Origin: Vicugna vicugna | Lineage: Eukaryota | Reading direction: 5' to 3' | Length of the DNA stretch: 64,000 nt | NCBI GenBank assembly: GCA_013265495.1 | Contig: MU058714.1 | Coordinates: 1,798,001 to 1,862,000, forward strand | Shown here: positions 58,074-64,000 of the stretch, piece after piece | Numbering within the stretch: position 1 is the first letter of the stretch | Layout: the number at the start of each line of letters is the position of its first letter | Translations under genes and position numbers: made by a program | Notes under the pieces: generated by a model | Database searches by the model: none | What the model saw: the letters and a program-made list of their open reading frames with translations, nothing else | Told to the model about the DNA's origin: nothing

Positions 58074-58079
58074 TTTATT
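58074..58079 (-). terminator. DUS1L polyadenylation signal
   Basis: TTTATT on +, about 230 nt past the stop; convergent with GPS1. Confidence 0.75.
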
Positions 58080-58308
58080 GTCCATGTGAACACACGGGAG
58101 TCGCGAGGACGGGCCAGTTCTGCCTGGGAGCCTGCTCCCTGGTGTAGCACCTCCGGGCCCTCAGCCTGGGCCAAGGGGGACCAGCTTGAGCTTCCACGTG
58201 AAATAGCAGGAGGTTCCCTGAGTAAAGGCATTTCCTTGAGCAGGATGTGCCGCGGCTTCGGCAGCGGGCCTGAGGCCTGGTGGGTGGCACGGGGGCTGCA
58301 GCTGCCCT

Positions 58309-61300
58309 TCAGGCCAGGGCACTGCCCACGACCTCAGGAAAGCCACCTGCTTCCCCAGGCCCTGCCTGCTGAGCTTCCTGCAGCTGGGGCCGTGCCCCCT
58401 TCCAGGCCAGGGCCTTCTCCAGTTTGGTTTTAAAGAGCAGCCCATGACCTGGCAGAGGGGTAAGAGGAGGAAAACAGCTTAGGAGGGTGCAGGGCCAACT
58501 GCCCGGCAAGGGTAGGGGTGCCGAGGGCAGCAGGTACCCTCACCTGGGCAGTCAGCAGTCTCTCGGAAAGCTCGCTTCTTGCAGCAGCCGCGGCAGAGGT
58601 TAAACACACACCTGCTGCCCTGGAAGGAGGAAAGCCTGTGAGCCTGGGGCTGGTGCCCTTCCCTGGCCGCCCTGGAGCCTCAGCGAGTGGCCAGGGCCGG
58701 CCAGGAGCACAGGAGGGGCTGTCCTAGGCTGGGCAGCGCCAGCCTCACAGGGAAGAAGCCCCTCCCAGCCAGGAAAAGGGCGCTCGCCCAGGTGCCCGCC
58801 CCTCCAGGGGCTGAGCTCTGCCCTGGGCCAGGCCTCACCTTTGGGTTTCCACACTGATCACACTTGGCATATTTTGCTGGGAAAAGAACAAAAAGAGGTG
58901 CTAGTTGAAGAAGGCAGGCCCACCCACCATGGCCATCTCCCCCACAGAGCCCCCAGGGACTGTCCCCGCTCACTGGCTGGGCGGCTCTGGGAGGGCAGAG
59001 GACGCGGCGCGTATGGTCCTGCTGGGAAACCTCCTCCCACCCACCCAATGGTCTTCGGGCTCTATGCCCACCACAGACGCCTCCCGCTGGAAGGACCTTC
59101 TTGGGATGGCAGCCCTGAGGGAAGATGGCAGGCAGGGCTGCTGGCTGGGGCCTCCTGGGACCCAACAGCCTCCTTGGGGGCTTGTGGACAGGTCGCAGGG
59201 CCCTTCCTGCTCTTAGTATCAGAGCACCTGTCCTGGGGGCCCCCCAGGGGGGTGGGCAGCCTCCTCCCCAGACTCCAGCAGTGGCAGCAGCTTACGCTTC
59301 AGTGAGGGGTCGAAGGTCTTGTGGGGGTTCCTCAGCTGCTTCTTCTGCTTATTCTTGGACAGGACGTCCGTGCTGCCCTCCTCTTCCTCCAGGGCCCGCT
59401 TGCTGCGGGCAGCCCCACCTTCCTTGCTCCCCTCCCTGGGCCTGGAAAGAAGGGGCAGCGGGTGGAGCTGGGGAATGCCCATGAGAGGCAGCCGGCCCAC
59501 TGCAGCCCCAGGGCTCCTCTGGGGCTCGGTTCAGGCTGCCCAAGCCGGGGCTGGGCCCCAGTGGCTGGCACAGAGACTGGGACACGGTGGGGCACCAGGG
59601 TCTGAGCCACTGAACAGGGCTGTGGCTACAGATGACAACCCAGAGGAAGCCCAGGAGGGTCACCTCCTGATGCCAGGACAAATTCACCCAGGATCAGAGG
59701 AGCTCAGAAAAGCAGCTTACAAAAAGAAATGATTTAAAACCTAAGCACAGGCTGACAAGGGAGAGCCCGCCCCGTGCCGCCCCCAACAAGCCCGGTCCCT
59801 GAGGGATGGAGCTGGCCCCCCTCGCCCCCCAGCCCACATGCAAGAGGCTCACCCTGGCCGGAAATAGGGCTGGCAGATCCAGTGAGAGAAAGGCAAGCTG
59901 CCCGAAGGCTTCTCTCCCTCCTTCTGCCTGGACATATCCTCCTGCAAAACCCCAGAGGGCCCATGGTCAGAGGCCCCAGGCCCCAGCCCCTCTCCCGCCG
60001 CCCGGCACCACACCACTGCGGCACCCACCTGACACCGCAGCCTCAGCTCCCGGCTCACCGCCACAATGCCCTCCAGGGTCTTCACCTTGGCTAGCTCCTC
60101 ACGAAGCTGCTGATGCACCTGCAGCCTGAGACACACGGCCCATCAGAGCCACCGAGCACTGGGCACAGAGGCCAGTCTCTCCTCTGACTCAGGCCCCCTG
60201 CCTCCTGCCCCGCTCCATCACTGCGGCCCCCCCAGACCTGAGTCCGTCTTAAAACCCTCAGTGCCCAGGCAGGGCTCAGACCAGACAACTTTTGCTGTGG
60301 GGGCAACTCACGTGTGGTGCCACAGCTTGAAGAGGTGGGCACGGACGTAGGATAGGGGGCAGGGGTGCTGGTGCACAATGTCCAGGTACTCCTCGGCCAG
60401 CTCCCAGACGGCGGGGCTGCGGCCCTCAAACAGGGCAGGGTTGTGCAGGTTTCCCTCTGTAGGGGAAGGGGGCTCGAGGCTCAGGGGCTCACACCCCAGA
60501 GGGATGCACCCCCTGCCTCACCCCCTGCCAGGGCAAGGCCAGCCACTGGCCTGAAAGCTCTGGCCTGTCAAGCAGGCAGGGCCCCTCAGTGCGGGCAGCA
60601 TGAGCCTGAGGCCATTCAGCTGGGCCAGTGGCCCCACAACGCGGATGGGTCCCTCCATGGGCAAGGGTGCACCCTCACCTGCACTCATGACCCCCTGTAC
60701 CCCCGTGTCCTGGAGGCAGCGCTCCACATCCCGCAGACACTGGATGTTCCCGTTGGCAAACACAGGGATGGCCACCGCCTTCCTGTTGGGAGTAGGATGG
60801 GCAGACACTCAGAAGAGGATGCTGGCCCATCCCCACCCGTCAGACTCCATCCAGGCAGGGCCTCTCCCTTCCCCCTGCCCCCAGCCTCCCCACCTCAACC
60901 CTGCACTCAAAGGGCTGAGTGCCCTGCCCTGGGGCCAGACGGTAACGCCCCCGGTCCCCGGTTTCCCCCAGGGCCCACTCACCGCACAGCCTTGATGTGT
61001 TCCCAGGACGCGCTGCCGGACAGGGGCCCCTTTTGCTCTTTGGTGCGGCCGTGCACCGTCAGCAACTAGGGCACAACAGCAACAGCTCAGCCCGGCTCTC
61101 CGCTGCAGCCCCCAAACCAACTGCAGGGGACCCTCTACCTTCGCCTACGGGGCATCGGCCTCCCATGTGGAGCAGAGCAGAGGCCGTCCTGTGCCTGGCT
61201 CACTCAGTCCCCACCCTGGTCCTCTGGGCTGCACTTAGGGCCGCTGACACCCTGGGGGTGCTACCTGGGGCTCCCACATCAGAGGCCCCCCCGCCCCCAA

Positions 61301-63391
61301 CGCCACCCAGGATTCGGAGTGAGGTCCAGACCCTTTCTCAAAAGACCCAGCAGCTCCACTGCCCAAGGCCAAAGGCACAAACGAGGAAGGAAAGGGCACC
61401 CGCCTGACCCCAGGACTGGGGGGGGTGGGGAGAAGGTGGCTGAGGCTCAGCACCCCCTACCCAGTACTGGCGTCCCCACCCATCACCTAAAAGTCACTGT
61501 GAATCCGGCCCACCCCAGGGGTAAGCCCTCAAAGGCACTCCTAGAGGCGGGGGACAGCGCGGGGCCCTCACCTGGCAGCCAGCCTTCTCCAGCATCTGGG
61601 CGTACCGCACGGTCTTGTCGATCTCCGGGAAGACGCGGATCTTGCACGTGACGGGGACGGAGAGCTTCTCGTGAGCGAGCAGAACTGGGGAACGGCAGCG
61701 TGGGTTCCGAGAGGCAGGCTGTAGGGGCCCACCCGCAGGCGGCCGCTGAGAGCCCCGCCTCCCACCCCCGGGCGCCAGGAGAGCCGGCAATGGGCGAGGA
61801 CGCTGCCCCAGCACCCACTATCTGGTTCTAAGGGGGCGGCTGGCATGGGACGGGCCACTCTTCACAGCTGCCTTCTACCACAGGGAGAGCGCCACGGCCA
61901 GGATTCTGCTGGCCACTGTCCTTTCCCGAGCCCTGCCAGGCTGTCGCTGGGGCTTGCTGCCGTCCACAGCGTGGCCCCAATCCCCGCAGGGAGCATGTGG
62001 CCAACTCACTCATTCTCTGGAGCAGGTCCCACTCCTCCTGCAGAAAGGCGCCGTAGTGACCTACGAAGGACAGACATGGCCTCTGCACCCCTCCCGCAGC
62101 CACACGGGCAAAGAGCTGCCTGGCCAGGTTCTATTCTCCACGTGGCCTGAGCGCACGAGTACTGAACGGAACGCCCACCCTACACGGTCTCTGGTCAACT
62201 GGCACGTCCTCAGGCCCAGGGACAAAGGCCAAGATGCCAGGGAAGCAGCCACTGGCACCCAAGGCAGCACGAGAGTGTTGGGGCGGACCTCCTTTCAGCA
62301 AAACCCGTTTATCCAGAGGGAGTCCAACAACATAACCCAGCAACAAAGTGAGCGACTGGCCTGTACCAGCCAGCTGAACCCCAGCCCCTGACCCTGGCAC
62401 CCGAGGTGGGCTGCCATCCAGAGGGAGGAGCAAAGAGACAACTGGCTGCCGCCTGGGCTGCCACCACCTGAGGCAGGGCCAAGCCTGCGCCAAGCCCTCA
62501 CCTCGCTCGCTCCCAGGGCACCGGGGCTCAGAGCCACACCTCTTCCTAAAGCAGGCACTCACCGCGCTTGGCTATCATCTGCGGGCAACCCAGATTCAGG
62601 TCGATGGCGTCACAGTAATCCTGCGCCAGGAGAGCCGCCTGGACAAACACCTCTGGGTCATTGGCACAGAACTGGAGGAGACGAAAGTTGCCATGAGCCC
62701 CAGCCAGGCCCCAGCCCCCAAGCTGCCCCGAGGGGTCCACGTGTGACCAGTGGGGGTGTGGTCCCGGGGATGAGCACAGGAGGCAGCCCGTCCCAAATGT
62801 CACAGTGTGACTGAGCTGGGATGCGTCCCCAGGCCAGCAGCAGGCTGAGTGAGAGACTCACACGGAAAGCCGGCATCGCTGACTTGGCCAAGAGCAGAGC
62901 CGTTCTTTCGAACGGTTCTGATAAGCAGGGAGCTACAAGAGACACGTGTGGGTGATGTCAGGGCGCCAGGTGTCTTTCACAGCACCCAAGCCGTCTGTTC
63001 GCCAGACGTCAGAGACTGCTCTTGGAAAGGGGTCAGTCTCGGACAAACGGCAGCCCGTGGCCTCGAGGCCTCCCCGAGGATCTCAAGGAGCTGTTCCCAG
63101 GAAGGCTGAGGGAAAGGCACCCTGCTGGCCGTCTAGGGCTCTCGCCCTGCCCACCTGCACGATGAGGGGCCGGTCCTCGGGGCACACTTCGCAGTACAGG
63201 TTCTCTTTGCGGTAGTTGGCATCGCGGACGAAGACCTGGGCATGCAGCATGGGCGTGTAGCACAGCTGGGCCCCGTGGCGGCGACTCAGCAGCCTCCAGG
63301 CCAGCTCGCTTTGGTCCACCATGGGGGCCACCACGTGGCGGGCCCCCCCCAGGGTGCGGCTCCAGAACTCGAAGCCCTGCAGCTTTGGCAT
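58309..63391 (-). CDS. DUS1L: tRNA-dihydrouridine(16/17) synthase-like, 475 aa
   Basis: Exons 63391-63155, 62671-62563, 62060-62010, 61684-61572, 61065-60983, 60782-60679, 60456-60312, 60125-60029, 59941-59853, 59441-59296, 58876-58839, 58619-58544, 58448-58309 = 1428 nt. [29 protein letters not shown] motifs and C-terminal Cys cluster. ATG exon has an acceptor at 63402-63403, so a non-coding exon lies further right. Confidence 0.97.
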
Positions 63392-63479
63392 GGTCTCCAC
63401 ACTAAAGGGAGAAACCAGGGGCTGAGGTGCGGCCTACGGAGAGCTGGTGCAGGCACACACTGTCCTCGAAGCCGCTCCA

Positions 63480-63620
63480 GTGGAGGCCTCGGGCAAGTCA
63501 CTCAACCTCTCTGAGCCTTGACCCCTCACTTGTTAGCGGGATTAAGATGTCTGCCTGGCAGGACCGCTGTGACCAGTCAATGAAACGTGAATGCAATGTC
63601 CTGTTGGCACCTGGCTCAGA
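63480..63620 (+). mobile_element. MIR SINE remnant
   Basis: ggcctcgggcaagtcactcaacctctctgagccttgacccctcacttgt matches the MIR core (ccttgggcaagtcacttaacctctctgagcctcagtttcctcatctgt). Confidence 0.7.
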
Positions 63621-64000
63621 ACTGGCCACCATAAGCAGCAGCTATAACCTGCAAGGCCCAAGGACCCCACCACCGCAGGATCACCCTGTGGCAACAGCGC
63701 TGGAGGCCGGCCTTCCCTGCCCAAGGTGGGTGCAGGCGCTCACCTGGCCACACTCTGCGCCCTCCCCCGGGTGTCAGGTGGTCCTGCACAGGGACTCAGA
63801 GTACTCTTCCCCTCGGGCTTTACCTGGGCGGGCCAACCTCGCTGGAGGCATCCTCCCCTACGAGGATTCAGTGGGCGGCGGCGGCGACGTGATTAGGACA
63901 GGAAAGACCAGGAGGGACAGGGTGTGCGGGAGGCTCGGTCTGCGAGAACACGGACTTCGCGTTCTCTTACCTAGTTCTGAAATTACTAAGCAGGGCCACC

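Noticed and set aside
63740-63975. Two minus-strand donor-like sites (CAG|gtgagc near 63743, TAG|gtaaga near 63970) as DUS1L 5'UTR exons
   Set aside because: Plausible, but exon starts cannot be defined and the promoter probably lies outside the window.

Overview
Eukaryotic, GC-rich mammalian DNA with one 138-N gap (45731-45868). The SINE type suggests a camelid; that is inference from remembered consensus, not a search. Gene order is syntenic with human 17q25.3: 3' part of ASPSCR1/TUG (+), CENPX (-), LRRC45 (+), RAC3 (+), DCXR (-), a second DCXR-family gene matching CBR2 (-), an intergenic stretch with an ERV solo LTR and a SINE/L1 island, RFNG (-), GPS1/CSN1 (+) and DUS1L (-). I rebuilt every coding exon by hand and checked phases. 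All genes are intact except RFNG, which has an exact 13-nt tandem duplication in exon 1 (frameshift, either a real loss of function or an assembly artefact). Most long ORFs in the track are GC-rich read-through noise. I found no wholly new gene system. Best leads: a dense TCF/LEF motif cluster in an ASPSCR1 intron (candidate Wnt enhancer, perhaps for neighbouring NOTUM), a second TCF/CRE cluster between the ASPSCR1 and CENPX 3' ends, the RFNG frameshift, an intact CBR2 (absent in human), and a duplicated 5' splice site in GPS1 whose use would include a stop codon.
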